64,000 nt of DNA, taken from assembly GCF_009914755.1 (NCBI RefSeq), contig NC_060925.1; one strand, written 5' to 3'. Made by a program: the position numbers and the translations under genes. The notes below the pieces were generated by a model that worked only from the letters and a program-made list of their open reading frames with translations, was not told the DNA's origin and did no database searches. How positions within the stretch are numbered: position 1 is the stretch's first letter; each line of letters begins with the position of its first letter. The stretch is from the human T2T-CHM13v2.0 reference genome, Homo sapiens. Of the stretch, positions 27,109-39,782 are shown piece after piece.

Positions 27109-28593
27109 GATTACTATTTTTATTTTAATCTCATTTGATTTGTACTTCTTTTTCCTCATCTCCTTTCCCTCTTCACCTCTCCTTTACTTTTGTGCCTCAC
27201 CACTTCCTCAATTCCCTCCCTCCTACCTTGCTCCTGTCTCTCCTTCAGCCCCCTCTTTCCTCACCTCCTTTGTCCCTTCCACACGTTCTTCCCCATATCT
27301 TCTCATTCTTTCTTTCCCCTCCTCTTCTCCCTCCTCCCTTGGGTACTGCAGTCCCCGGGGGAGGGCAGCCAGAGAAGCTATTAGCTCTGCCCCCCTAATA
27401 CTCTGAGTCCCACTCGCCTCTTAACACCTCCCTGAGCCTGGGCCTCTAAGCCCCATCTCACTCTCGTCTCCCTCTAATCACTAAGGCTTATTTCTGATTT
27501 TCTGAAGTGACAAGGAGCTGGGTTTTGGGGGAGGGAGGGCTGTCAGCCAGCATCTCCCAGGATTGAGGGAGGGAAGGATGCAGGGAGGGAGGCCTGGCTG
27601 GTGGGATGGGGTGGTGGAGACTCTGGCTAGGCCCTCCTCACTCTGAACAGGGAGGCCAAGTTCTCCAGCCCCTTCTGCCTTGGCTGATAGTGCATATGCT
27701 TCCAACCTTAGGATGTTCTTTTAGGCTAGATTCTATTTTCTCTGGTTTCCTCTGTAAAAAGGAAAGCGACTTCCTCCCCTCCCTTCACTCAGGGGAGCCT
27801 CTGTGGACAGGGCCTCTAATGCCCTTCTCCCTCCCTTGCCACCACCCTGCTAGGAGAATCCTGCCCTCATCTCTCCCTGCCTCACCTCTTTGATCCTGTA
27901 AGTGGGAAAAGCCTCCAGGCTGCAAAGCCTATGTCTTCTGCTTCCCACCTTATAGAAATCCCGGTCTCCCCTCCCCTGTCCCAAATCCATCCCTCCAAAA
28001 GCTCAGTGAATTGGCATAAATTTAATTAAGGACAGCAGCAAATCTCTCGTCGTTTTAAAGACATTTAAGGTTTAAAATACATGCTGAGAGTGGAGGTCTC
28101 AAGAGAGGTGGGATGAGGGGGCCAGAACTAATTCCGGGGAGGTACAGTTGGGCCTCTGTTCTAGCCCTAGTGAGTGACCCTGGGTGCTCCCCTTGGTGTC
28201 TCTGAGCCTTGATTTCCTCATCAGCCCCCTAAAAGTTCTGCAAGGCCCAGCAGGACTACCTTGCTCTCGCCTGGAAGTGTTCTTGCTGTGCTAATTTAAT
28301 TACATGGCCTAACTGGGCCCAGGCTGAGGAGACAGTTAATGGCAGCTGCAGAGACAGTGAGTAATCAAGAATTAATTAAGCGTTTCTGGGGATTCCCAAG
28401 TCTAGGCTAGGGATTCCTGGGAGCCTGGCTATGGCTGGGCAGGAGTGGGGCCCCTCTAGCTACCCCCTACCCTTTCCTGGCTCCTCAGGAGTTGGGGAAA
28501 CAGCAGGCCCTAGGTGCAGGAAGGTTCTGAGTAAAGGGCTGTCCATCCACTAAGGCAACCTCAGATCAATGGGATATGGAACCACACAGTGGG

Positions 28594-28920
<327 letters not shown>

Positions 28921-29579
28921 ACCCTCACAAGGGCCAGCAGTGGGGTGGGCTGTGTGGAACTGAACAGGTGCCTGTGCCTGTGGGTCTGGGACATTTTTGT
29001 GAAGGGCTTAGCCTGTGTCGAGGCTGGGATCAGTCCACGCTGGGTGAGTGAAAAAAAAATGTGGCATTTCAGCCTCTGGGCTTTGGAGTCAGGCAGCCCT
29101 GAGTTTCAGTCTCTGCATTACTATTTGCTAATAGTGTGCCCTTGGCTGAGGGCTCCCCCCAAAATGCTTTACCCTCTGCCCCAATGCTTGTCCTCTAGAC
29201 ATTCCCAGAGCAGGTTCCTTCATGCCATGCAGATTTCAGCCAAAACGCACCTCCTTAAGAAGCCATCTTTGACCACTCAGTCTCATTTACCTCCCCTTCC
29301 CCTACAGTCACTGCCACATCACCTTGCTTTATTTTCCGTTCATTTATTTCTTGTTTCCTGTGTGTCGCCTGCCTCCTTCACTAGAGTCAAATTCCACGGA
29401 GGCAGAGACGGGGTCGGTGTGGCTCACAGGGGTATCTGCCGAACCCCAAACAGCGCTGGACACACAGAAGGCGCTGGGAGAAGGAAGAGGCCTCTCTGAA
29501 CCTGTTCCCTCACCTGGAAAGTGGGGCTAATCACATAACCCTGCAGTCTCTGAGGTGGTTGTGAGGGGGATTCAGAGAG

Positions 29580-30400
29580 GGGACCCGGGGAGCTCTGAGC
29601 GCAGTGCCAGGCCCGGACGTGGTCACCGCCTTGTCACTTGCGCATTTCATGCTCTGGCCTCCCAGGCCGGGCGATGCGGCCGCGGGGCTGCAGCTCCCGG
29701 CGAGGCCCGCCAGGCCCCCGCCCCGCCCCGCCCTCCTCGGGCCCCGCTCCTTCCCAGGCGCCCCCGCGCCGCCGGCGCTTTGAAGTCCCAATCCGGCAAA
29801 TAGAGTCAATCAATTATGAAGGGAACAATCTGGCGGCCCCTCGGGGAGCGGCGGCCGAGCGATCCCGGGGGATTAGGCCGCAAATCGCGCTGAGCCTCCC
29901 TAAGTGACAGCGAGAGAATCGCGCGCGGCGGCGACGGCGGCGGCGGGAGCGGGAGGGAGCGCGGCCGCTAACCCGATTATGCAGATCCGCGGGGGGCGCG
30001 GATTAGGCCTCGGGGGCGGCTTCGCCCTAAGCGGCTCTCGGATTTGGGAAAAGTTTACTCGGGCGGAGGGGGCGGAGACTCCCCCGGGCGGGCGGCCGGG
30101 ACTTCTCCCAGCCGGGTGAATGGAGGACCCGCCTGCAGGAGCAGCCGCGAAAGAGTGGAGCGGGCGCGCCTGCTGAGCCACAGCCACAGCAACACTTTGC
30201 AGGCGTGCACACTCACACGCACACCCAGGCCACAACAGCCGTGTCTGCACCAGCCCACGGGCGCACGCGCGCTGCCCACGATCACCCTCCCAAGCCACAA
30301 AACACTCGCGAACGTGCGAGGCCGCACCAGCCCACATAGCCAGACCCACGCCGGCTCACACGCGCACGCAGCACTGCCTCGTGCTCACACAAGCATGCAC
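29580..30400. promoter_or_regulatory. Orphan CpG island / candidate developmental enhancer
   Basis: Dense CpG; GGATTA at 29870 and 30000, TAACCCGATTA at 29969, AACAAT at 29824, TCAATCAATTA near 29807. Confidence 0.8.
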
Positions 30401-31224
30401 GTACTCACAGACACGCAATTTGATGTTCGGATACCTGCCTCCTGTGGTTCCAGCAGAATCCCTCAGTGACACAAGGTGTCCCTGCCAGCCTATGTAGACG
30501 TAGGACTGGTGCACGGCCCTGCACCTGTGCTCTCCCACGGACCTCCCTGCAGCTCCTCTCCTCTGAAGGACCTTGAGGACAAGTGTGTGTTAGTGTCTGT
30601 GAGTGTGTGTGTGTGTTTGAGCGTGGCCTGTCTCTGGAGTCTGGGCCCAGTTTTGGCTTCTGCAACTGGGGCCTTCTCAGGGTAGGTGGAAAAGACTGAG
30701 GCAGGACGCTGGGATGGAAACAGGCCGAGTCCTCTTGGTGACTCTGGCTAAGGGGTCCTCTCCGCAGGGCTGGGGATCCAAGACATTCCTCACCAGGCCC
30801 CTCTGGGCCAGCCCCTTCCCTGAGGTGCTATCAGGGAGGAGGCAGGGGAGAGGGAGAGTGGCTTCCTTTTACCCATCTAGGAAAACGACACAGAACCCAG
30901 TTCCAAGCCTACCCAATGCAGGATGTGGGAAAGGCTCAGTCAGACTCGTTTCATTTGTAAAACGCCCATTGTGTGTGATCAGTGTGTGTCCATGGTCCAT
31001 ACATGTGTTCATGCTCAGTGTGTGTCCACAGTCTTTGTGTATGTCCATGGTAATATATATGTTTTTATACAGCATGTGTTTGTGGTCAGTGGAATGTGTA
31101 TCTCTAGCCTCACACCCCTTGCACAAACATCACATCACACACAATGACTGTGGACACACACTGACCACAGACAGGCACTCATCATGGACACATACAATGG
31201 CGATGGACACACTGTTCTCTCTCT

Positions 31225-31225
<1 letters not shown>

Positions 31226-31262
<37 letters not shown>
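31226..31262. repeat. (CA)n microsatellite
   Basis: Direct reading. Confidence 0.97.
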
Positions 31263-31263
<1 letters not shown>

Positions 31264-31334
31264 CTCCCGATAGAGACCAATCCTTTGAATGGACAGATGG
31301 TGGACATTGAATTGTTGCCATAGTGGCACAGGGC

Positions 31335-31480
31335 ATTGGGTGTGGTGGCTTACACCTATAATCCCAGCATTTTGGGAGGCTGATCAGGTGGATCACTTGA
31401 GGCTAGGAATTCGAGACCAGCCTGGGCAACATAGTGTGGCCCTGTCTCTATAAAAAAAAAAAAAAAATTAAAAATAAAAA
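31335..31480 (+). mobile_element. FLAM / Alu left monomer
   Basis: Single monomer with poly(A). Confidence 0.88.
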
Positions 31481-31705
31481 ACCCAGAGTGGCAGAGGGTA
31501 ATTGCTGTGGCATGGAGGGCACTCCACCCCATGCCCTAGGCAGTGATGGAGTGACCCTGTGGCTGACTGGATCAATGAGGAAAGAGGGGTCAGGGTCAAT
31601 AAGTCTTTAGCAAGCAGGGAACCGGCTGTTGCCTCCAGCCCCCATGCTGCGTGCATGTGTATGCCTGTGTGTCCATCACACCCACCACTCTTGTCACACA
31701 CACAG

Positions 31706-31708
<3 letters not shown>

Positions 31709-31739
<31 letters not shown>
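31709..31739. repeat. (GT)n microsatellite
   Basis: Direct reading. Confidence 0.97.
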
Positions 31740-31741
<2 letters not shown>

Positions 31742-33788
31742 TTATCTCCAGAATCTGGGATCCACCTCGAGGTGGCCTGGGCTGGCCCCTGGGATCCCGG
31801 TCATGGTGGGATGGGGTGCTCTATGGCAGGGTGAAGATGTGCGCTGGGTAGTTTAGTCTACTGGGGTCAGTGAGAGTGATGGGGGAGACAGGCATGTGCC
31901 CCTCCCTGTGTAGCCATAGCTAAGCCCTGGCCTTGTCTGGGCCTGGTTCTCTCACTGGCTTTTCCTCCTCTAGCCTTTCTGGTTCGGAGTCCCTGGGAGG
32001 AGAAGCCAGAAGAGTCAGACCCTTGAGAAGAAATCCCATCAAACCCTCTTCTCTGGGGCATCCCTGACCCACTGGACAGGACCCACCAGGCAGCCTCACC
32101 CCCCCATTAAGGTGTCTAGCCCCCTATGGGGCAATCGGGCCCAATTTCACGCTTAGGAAGGCTTCCTCTGGCCACCAATGGGGCAGATCTGATTAGGCGG
32201 CTGCAGAGAGTGCTTGGTCACAATTAATCAGCAGCCAGGGGTGGGCAGAGGCCCACCCACGCAGGAGCCCCATCCCAGGGGTGCACAAGTCAGGCCTATG
32301 GAGCTAGAGGGAGTGAGGATGGGAAAAAGCAGGCCCCCACACACCCAGGGAACCTCCAGGTGGGGGCTGGGCCATGGCCTCCTTCCCCAGAGCCCTGCCC
32401 TGGTCCAGATCCTGCTGCACCCCTTAGTGGATGTATATCCTTGGGCAAGGTACTTAGCCTCTCTATGCCTCAGGCCTCATCTTTAAAATAAGGATGAAAA
32501 CAATACCTTCCTCATAGGACCTATAAAAGAAAATGTAAAGCAGGTAGCAGAGTGGCTGGCACCTAGTAGGTGCTCAAGCTGTAGGAACTTCTATTATTGT
32601 TACTATAGTTTTTAGTTCAGAATAGGCAGACAGGCAGACTGCAGAAAGAATCTAACAGCCAATGAGCTCTTGAAACCCCCTCCCCCAAAGGAGGATGGCT
32701 GGGGAAAAGGGAGACTTTTGGGATCCACTGCAATTTTCCCCACCCCATTCAGGCTCATCACTTAGGAGAGCACAGAGGGGATGGGGAGCCAGTCTGGGGC
32801 AGCCTGCCCTGTGGGGAGGGGAGCCTGAACTCCCTCCTCTCCCTCCAGTCTCCAAGTGTGTGTGTAGGGGTGGGTGAGAAGAGGAGAGGCTGAATCTGAA
32901 GTGGCTCAGTGGCTCAGTTGTTTCAGGCCAGAAGCCATTACCTTCCCGGAGAGAGAAGCCCACAGCCCATCTGAGGCTGGGGCAGGGGCAAGCGGGGGTA
33001 CAGATCGGAGTGAGACTCCGGGCCCGCCCTGGGGCCTCCTTGCCTTCCCCGTTCCCCTTGTCTGCCCAGGTGAAGAGGCAAAGTCCCTGCTCTTCTCCAG
33101 TTTGGGTCTGCTTGGCACTGGCCCAGGGGGTGGGGTGAGAAGGGGACCAGGAGGAGAGAGGGGTCCCTGCCTGCAGTGCCTTCTGTGATTGTCATTGATT
33201 GTGCCTACTGTGTGCTAGGGGCCAGGCATCTCCTGTTTACTTTGTACCCTTGACACAGCTGGAAACCAGCAGGGACCTTTTCAAGAAAGTCATCCGATTA
33301 TCTAGCCTGGGGGCGTGACTGGACAGTGGGAATGGGAACATTTCCATATGAGGGACGTTGGAGTGTGGACTGGAGGGATGGGGGCTTGAGACTCTGCCTG
33401 CTGGCTTTGCATAGCAAACGTGCTGTCTTATGAAGATTGCCTGCCTATTTAGGACTGCTCAGGACTGCTGGTAATTGAGGGAAGGGCTAGTGCCGCCTAA
33501 ATCACCCGGACACCACTGGGGTTAAGCTCAGGGAAAGCACTGGCCTACAAAAGTCCAGGCCCAGAAGTCATTTGAGCTCAAGATGGCAGTCTGTTGGGTC
33601 ATCCCAAAGGTGGATAAAGGGCGTCAGGGATGGGCTGAACCCCCAGGCGTGGGCTGTGTGCACGTTCTTACCCAGGAGTGGGACTGTAGGTTTGTGTGCA
33701 GCCCACATGCAGGGCATCCTGGAAAGGGCTTATTTTGCCTCTTCAGCAAGCACCTCCCCCATCGCTGCTGGGTGCTTGGACCCTCTGA

Positions 33789-34396
<608 letters not shown>

Positions 34397-35096
34397 CTAT
34401 GCTCAGGTTCTAAGGATGCTGTAGGTCAGGAGCTGAATGGAGAGAAGAGGCTGGGAGACAGGGTGTCCTGGATGCCTAGTGTCCCCTCTGAGGGGATTTA
34501 TTCTTCAGAATCTGCACTTGGACTCAGTCTAGGTCAGTCCAGGAACACTCTGAAGGCCCCAAAGACTTCGCTTCCCACTTTATACTGTGTTTCAAGGGAA
34601 GAGCCTTGCCTCCATTCAGACAGGCAGCCAATTTCTCTGCAATTTCCTCCTTTCTCCATTTTTTTTTTTTCCAAAATGAGAAGGAATAGAGCAATGATTT
34701 TTGGAGTCAAACAAACTCAAGTTCAAGTTCTGGACTTGCTAGTAGTAAGCTCTGTGATAAGGAGTAAGGTATTTGATCTCTCTCAGCCAGGGACACCTCA
34801 TCATCTATAAAATGGCGATAGGAACAGTCCCTATCTCTCTGGATTGTGGTGAAGTAAAATGTGTAAAGCACTTAACACAGAGCCTGACTCAAGAACTGGA
34901 AGCCATTTTTATTGCATTTCCTTGATTTTTTGTTTACAGAGCCCAACACATGCGTAGACCCATAGGAATCTTATTGAATGAATGCAGAGTTCTCTGTTGT
35001 TCGTTTCCTTATTTTCCTTCTGGCTCCCTTTCCTTCTATGGATGAATGGGCCAGGAGAACCTTTTGAGCATCCCGTATGCACCCAGCCTTGAGCCT

Positions 35097-35465
35097 GGTT
35101 CTGCAAATGGTGACAGGCTCTGTAAACAATAATGAGATCTATATGTGGGGTTTGGCTCTGCAAATAGGGTCTTTGTAAAGTCTAGGGTTCTGAAAATGGT
35201 AACATGTTCTGCAAATTATCATTGGATCTGTGACAGTGACAGATTCAGAAATCAGTGATGGGATGTGCTCTGCAGATGGTAGTAGGCTCTGCAAATACTG
35301 ATGAGCTTTGCATATGATTTCAGGCTCTGCAAACAATGGCAGGCTGCAAACTTTAAGGCTCTGCAAACAATGATGAGCCTTATAAATAGGGAGAGACTCT
35401 GTGAAGGGTAATGGGCTTTGCAAATAGTGATGGCAAGCCGCGATAGGCTCTGAAAAAACTGAATA
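35097..35465. repeat. Degenerate minisatellite, about 19-bp unit (CTCTGCAAAYRRTGAYRGG-like), about 19-20 copies
   Basis: Recurrent ctctgcaaa/ttctgcaaa/ctttgcaaa at about 19-nt spacing. Confidence 0.8.
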
Positions 35466-36559
35466 ATCATTCTTAAAGGACAAGAGATCCCTCCTGTGGG
35501 TCCCTAAAGAATAAAGCTCTGTCTCAGTACCATGGACAGCAAGCCCCCCCTCCCCTCCACCGCCCCCAGCCGCCCGCCTGCCCCCCTGCCAACACACACA
35601 CACATCCCATTCCCTTCCAGGCCTAACTAGATCGCCTCTGTCCACTTATTCACTGATGTTGGGTATGTGTTGTGGGGTGGAGGATGTAAGTGAGAAGTAG
35701 GACAAGGAGAAGAACAAGGCCATGTTCCCACTCTCAAGGCTTTCAGTTGGTCGAGAAGACAGACTTCTAAGTAGCCAAATAGAAGGATTGTGTCTGTGTT
35801 GACAAATCTGTTCTCAGCGTAGCTATTTGTGAGGTAGAAGGTATCTTTCCACATCAGAGGCTCTCAGAATGCTAAAAGGGTGTTTAAACTACATTGGGCC
35901 TCCTAGGGGAACTGAGAAGTCAGCTTTGCAAAGCATGTCTTGCAGGCTCCAGCCGACCTTAAATTCTAGCTGGCACCTGAATAGCTTTGTAGCAATTTAA
36001 ATTTCTTTGCCTGTCCTTTCCAGATCTGGCCACATTAACAGGTCTGTATCACAGGGCACATGCATACCTCTCAGAGTACAGGGCCTAGGGAGGGTAAAAC
36101 AAGAATCTGTTTTAGATGGGCTGTGAGTAAGGAGCAACGGTGCTGAGGGTCTGATGGTTGTTGAGAGTGGGATGGAGACGATGACATCATCGAGGTGGAG
36201 ATAGTTGGATAGCCATGGAGGTGGTGGTGGTGCTAACATGCTGGTGGAGGTGGGGGAAGAGCTGGAATGTTGACAATGATGAAGGTGACAGGGAAGTGAT
36301 GGATATAGTCAAAGTACTGTGGGCAAAGTAGGCCCTAATGGGAGATAGGTTGACTTCTGGTTCTGACATTAGCCGTGTGACCCCAGGCAACTTATTTAAC
36401 TTTTCTCTGCCTCAGTTTCCTCTCCCATAAAATAGGGATGCTAATAATGCCTACCTCATAGAGTTCTTGTGAGGATTAAATGAGTTAATAAAATCTACAC
36501 AATACTTAGACTAGTGCCTGGCCCATAATAAATACTATCTAAGTGATAGCTGCTATTAC

Positions 36560-36915
36560 TTGTTTTTTGTTTGTTTGTTTGTTTGTTTTTGTTTTTTTTG
36601 TTTTTTTTAGATGGAGTCTCAGTTTGTCGCCCAGGCTGGCATGCAGTGGCGAGATCTCGGCTCACTGCAACCTCACCTCCTAAGTTCAAGTGATTCTCTT
36701 GCCTCAGCCTCCCTTAGTAGCTGGGATTACAGGCGCATGCCACCACACCCAGCTAATTTTTGTATTTTTAGTAGAGACAGGGTTTCATCATGTTGGCCAG
36801 GCTGGTCTCGAACTCCTGACCTCAGGTTATCCACCCACCTCCTGATCTCAGGTGATCTGCCCACCTCAGCCTCCCAAAGTGCTGGGATTACAGGCATGAG
36901 CCACTGCGCCTGGCC
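36560..36915 (-). mobile_element. AluS-like with internal 26-bp tandem duplication, flanked by MIRs (about 36355-36556 + and 37010-37225 -)
   Basis: Antisense dimer; duplicated units 36813-36838 and 36839-36864. Confidence 0.92.
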
Positions 36916-38902
36916 TGCTATTTCTGTTAAGGAGGGCAGTGGAGGTGGTGATGATGAAGGTGGGAGTGGTGGCAATGAAGTTGATAATGGTGAGAATAGG
37001 GATAATAATAATGAGGATAAGATTTATTGAGTACTAACTATGTACCCTGCACTATTCTAAGTACTTTATATGTAATAACTTGTTTAATCATGACAGCCCT
37101 CTGAGGTGGCTAATATTACCCTCATTTAAAGACTATGAAACTTAGACACCGAGGGGTTAAAATATGTGATCCAAGGCGACACAGCTAGTAAATGGAGGTG
37201 CTCCAGAGCCTGTGCTCATAACCATTGCTAAGTGGGGATGAGGATGGAGTTGGTGATAGCAGTAGTGATTATGGTGTCCTTGTGGAAGCAGGGTTGGGGG
37301 TGGAGACCATGGTCGAGGTGGCCTGGGCAGCAGTGGCTGTGGTGATGACAGGAGGAGGCGGCAGTGAAGTGCTGATGGAGGAGGTGAAGGTGATGGGGTC
37401 TGCGGGGGCAGTGAAGGCCGGCTACAAGAACACCCACTGCCCAGCTCCCAGCAGGGCTTTGCAGCTGCTGCTATGAGGCTGTGCTCTGAGAGCAGGGAGG
37501 ACAGCAAGGAGCTCACTTTCTGTTCAGCAGCTGGGGGTTGTAGGTCCCAGACAGTGAAGTGGAATGGAAACAGGCAGACTCAGGGTAGAGGGGTAGAGGG
37601 GTAGAGGGATGTGCAGGGTTTTCCACTGGCTCTCCACCCTTTCCCCGCAATTTGGCATTCTCTGACCCCATAACTACCAAGTCTGCACGCTCCATGCCAG
37701 GGCCTGATCTGCACTAATGGAGCAGACAGCAGCAGAGGTAAGCTGCCCACCCCATCTGAGAACCTCCCTGCCTCGCGCCCGCCCAGTGCCAACTCTGGTC
37801 TGCTTCTCGCTTGCTGCTGCGCTGAGGGGAAGCCTTAATAGAGAATCCGCCTCTGTGCCGCCGCCCCCCACCCGCCAGCCCATCCCTATTATCAACACCA
37901 TCAACGGCGGCAAATGACACTCTCGGAATCTTGACTCCAATCTGATGCCTGGTCCCCGGAGCCGCAGAGAGGCGCAGGCCAGCCAGGCTGGGGGCGCTGG
38001 GGAGGGTATGTGCAGTAATAGGATGTGGCCGAGGATGGTCTATTAGCAGCAGCGCAACCGCTGATGAGCCCCCTCCCTAGCCCCTTGGCGTCCCCATCCC
38101 CGCTCAGCCAGGCACAGCAAGAGGCCTGGGGGCTGCTGGGGTGGGGAGCAGGAAGGAAGGCAGCTGCGGGGGTGGGGCTAGGCTAAGCCATCCTCAAGTC
38201 CAGACATCAGGCTCTCTTGGGGGGACATGGGGATAGGAGGGGGAATCTGAAGAAATGAGGCCACTCAGACACTTCCTTCTGACCATGTGTCTGGGGAGGA
38301 AGAGGAGTAGGGGAGCAAGTGGTCTGTCTGAAGGTGGGTGATTTTTCCTGTTGCTCCCTGGGAGCAGCCTGGGGTTTCAGGTCTAAGGAGCCTCAAGGAA
38401 CATGCCATCCAGCCTTCCTTCTCTGGCCTCACCTGGAAATCTCTCTGGCATGGGAAGCTCAGCACCTCCCTGGGCTGCCTCTCTCATTGCTAAGTGCCTC
38501 CTCATTTGGAGTACTGATTGGTCTTTCAGGACTTACTTTAGATCAAGATTTACCTTAGACCAAGACCCCTCCGAGGCCCTCACCCCACAACCAAGACAAC
38601 CTTCCAGGGTTTTGGAGCCAGAAGGTAGGTCTCATTTGCTCACCTGGGCCCTCATCCCTCCTCCTGGCCACAGATCTTCTGATTGATGTATAGTATGTGT
38701 GTGGAAATGTTATAAGAGTCTGGGGGTGGATGGCTGGACCCACTACAGGGCCCTAGAGAGGCAGGGGAGATAGTGGAAGGAGCCCTGGGTGAGTGCAGGA
38801 CACCCGGGTTCCAACCCAGATCATCTGCTGGTGACCATGGGTGAGTTACCCACATGGCTCACCCTAGTCTGCCTCCCCACAACAACCCCTCAACAAAGGC
38901 CT

Positions 38903-39210
38903 GCCAGGCAAGGTGGCTCACGCCTGTAATCCTAGCACTTTGGGAGGCCGAGGTGGGTGGATCCCTTGAGGACAGGAGTTCGAGATTAGCCTGGACAACA
39001 CAGTGAAACCCCATCTCTACTAAAAATACAAAAATTAGGCGGGTGTGGTGGTGGATGTCTGTAATCTCAGCCACTCAGGAGGCTGAGGCAGGAGAGTTGC
39101 TTGAACTTGGGAGGCAGAGGTTGGCCACTGCACTTCAGCCTGGGCAACAGAGCGAGACTCCATCTCAAAAAAACAAAACAACAATGCAAAAAAAACAAAA
39201 ACAAAAACAA
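38903..39210 (+). mobile_element. Alu with TSD AACAAAGGCC
   Basis: TSD at 38892-38901 and 39211-39220. Confidence 0.94.
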
Positions 39211-39416
39211 AACAAAGGCCATGGCTGAGAAAAGGGGATGATGAAGTCAGCTTCTCTCCCTCAGGGGACTGGGTAGATCAATGCTTTAGGGGGTAAAAGT
39301 TATGAATTTGGGGCTGGACAGTCTATAAGCATAGTCTAATTAATACTCCTTCCACCCATGCATACACAGCACCACGTGGATAGAAGAAAATGAGGCAGAG
39401 TAGAAAGTGGGATTGG

Positions 39417-39782
39417 AGCCGGGCACAGTGGCTCATACCTGGAATCCCAACACTTTGGGAGGCCAAGGCGGGAAGATTGCTTTAGCCTAGGAGTTCGACA
39501 CCAGCCTGGGCAACATGGTGAAACCCCGTCTCTACTAAAAATACAAAAAATTAGCCAGTAGCTGGGACTATAGATGGTACACACTTACAGTCCCAGCTAC
39601 TTGGGAGGCTGAGGTGGGAGAATCACTTGAGCCGGAAAAGGGTAGGTAGGTGGGGTTTGAGGCTGCCAGTGAGCTGTGGCTGATTGCACCACTGCACACC
39701 AGCCTGGGCAATAGAGTGACATCCTGTCTTAAAAAAAAAAAAGAAAAAGAAAGAAAGAAAAGAAAAAGAAAAAAAGAAAGAG
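39417..39782 (+). mobile_element. AluJ-like with internal insertions
   Basis: Dimer with extra segments near 39557 and 39640; (GAAA)n tail. Confidence 0.92.
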
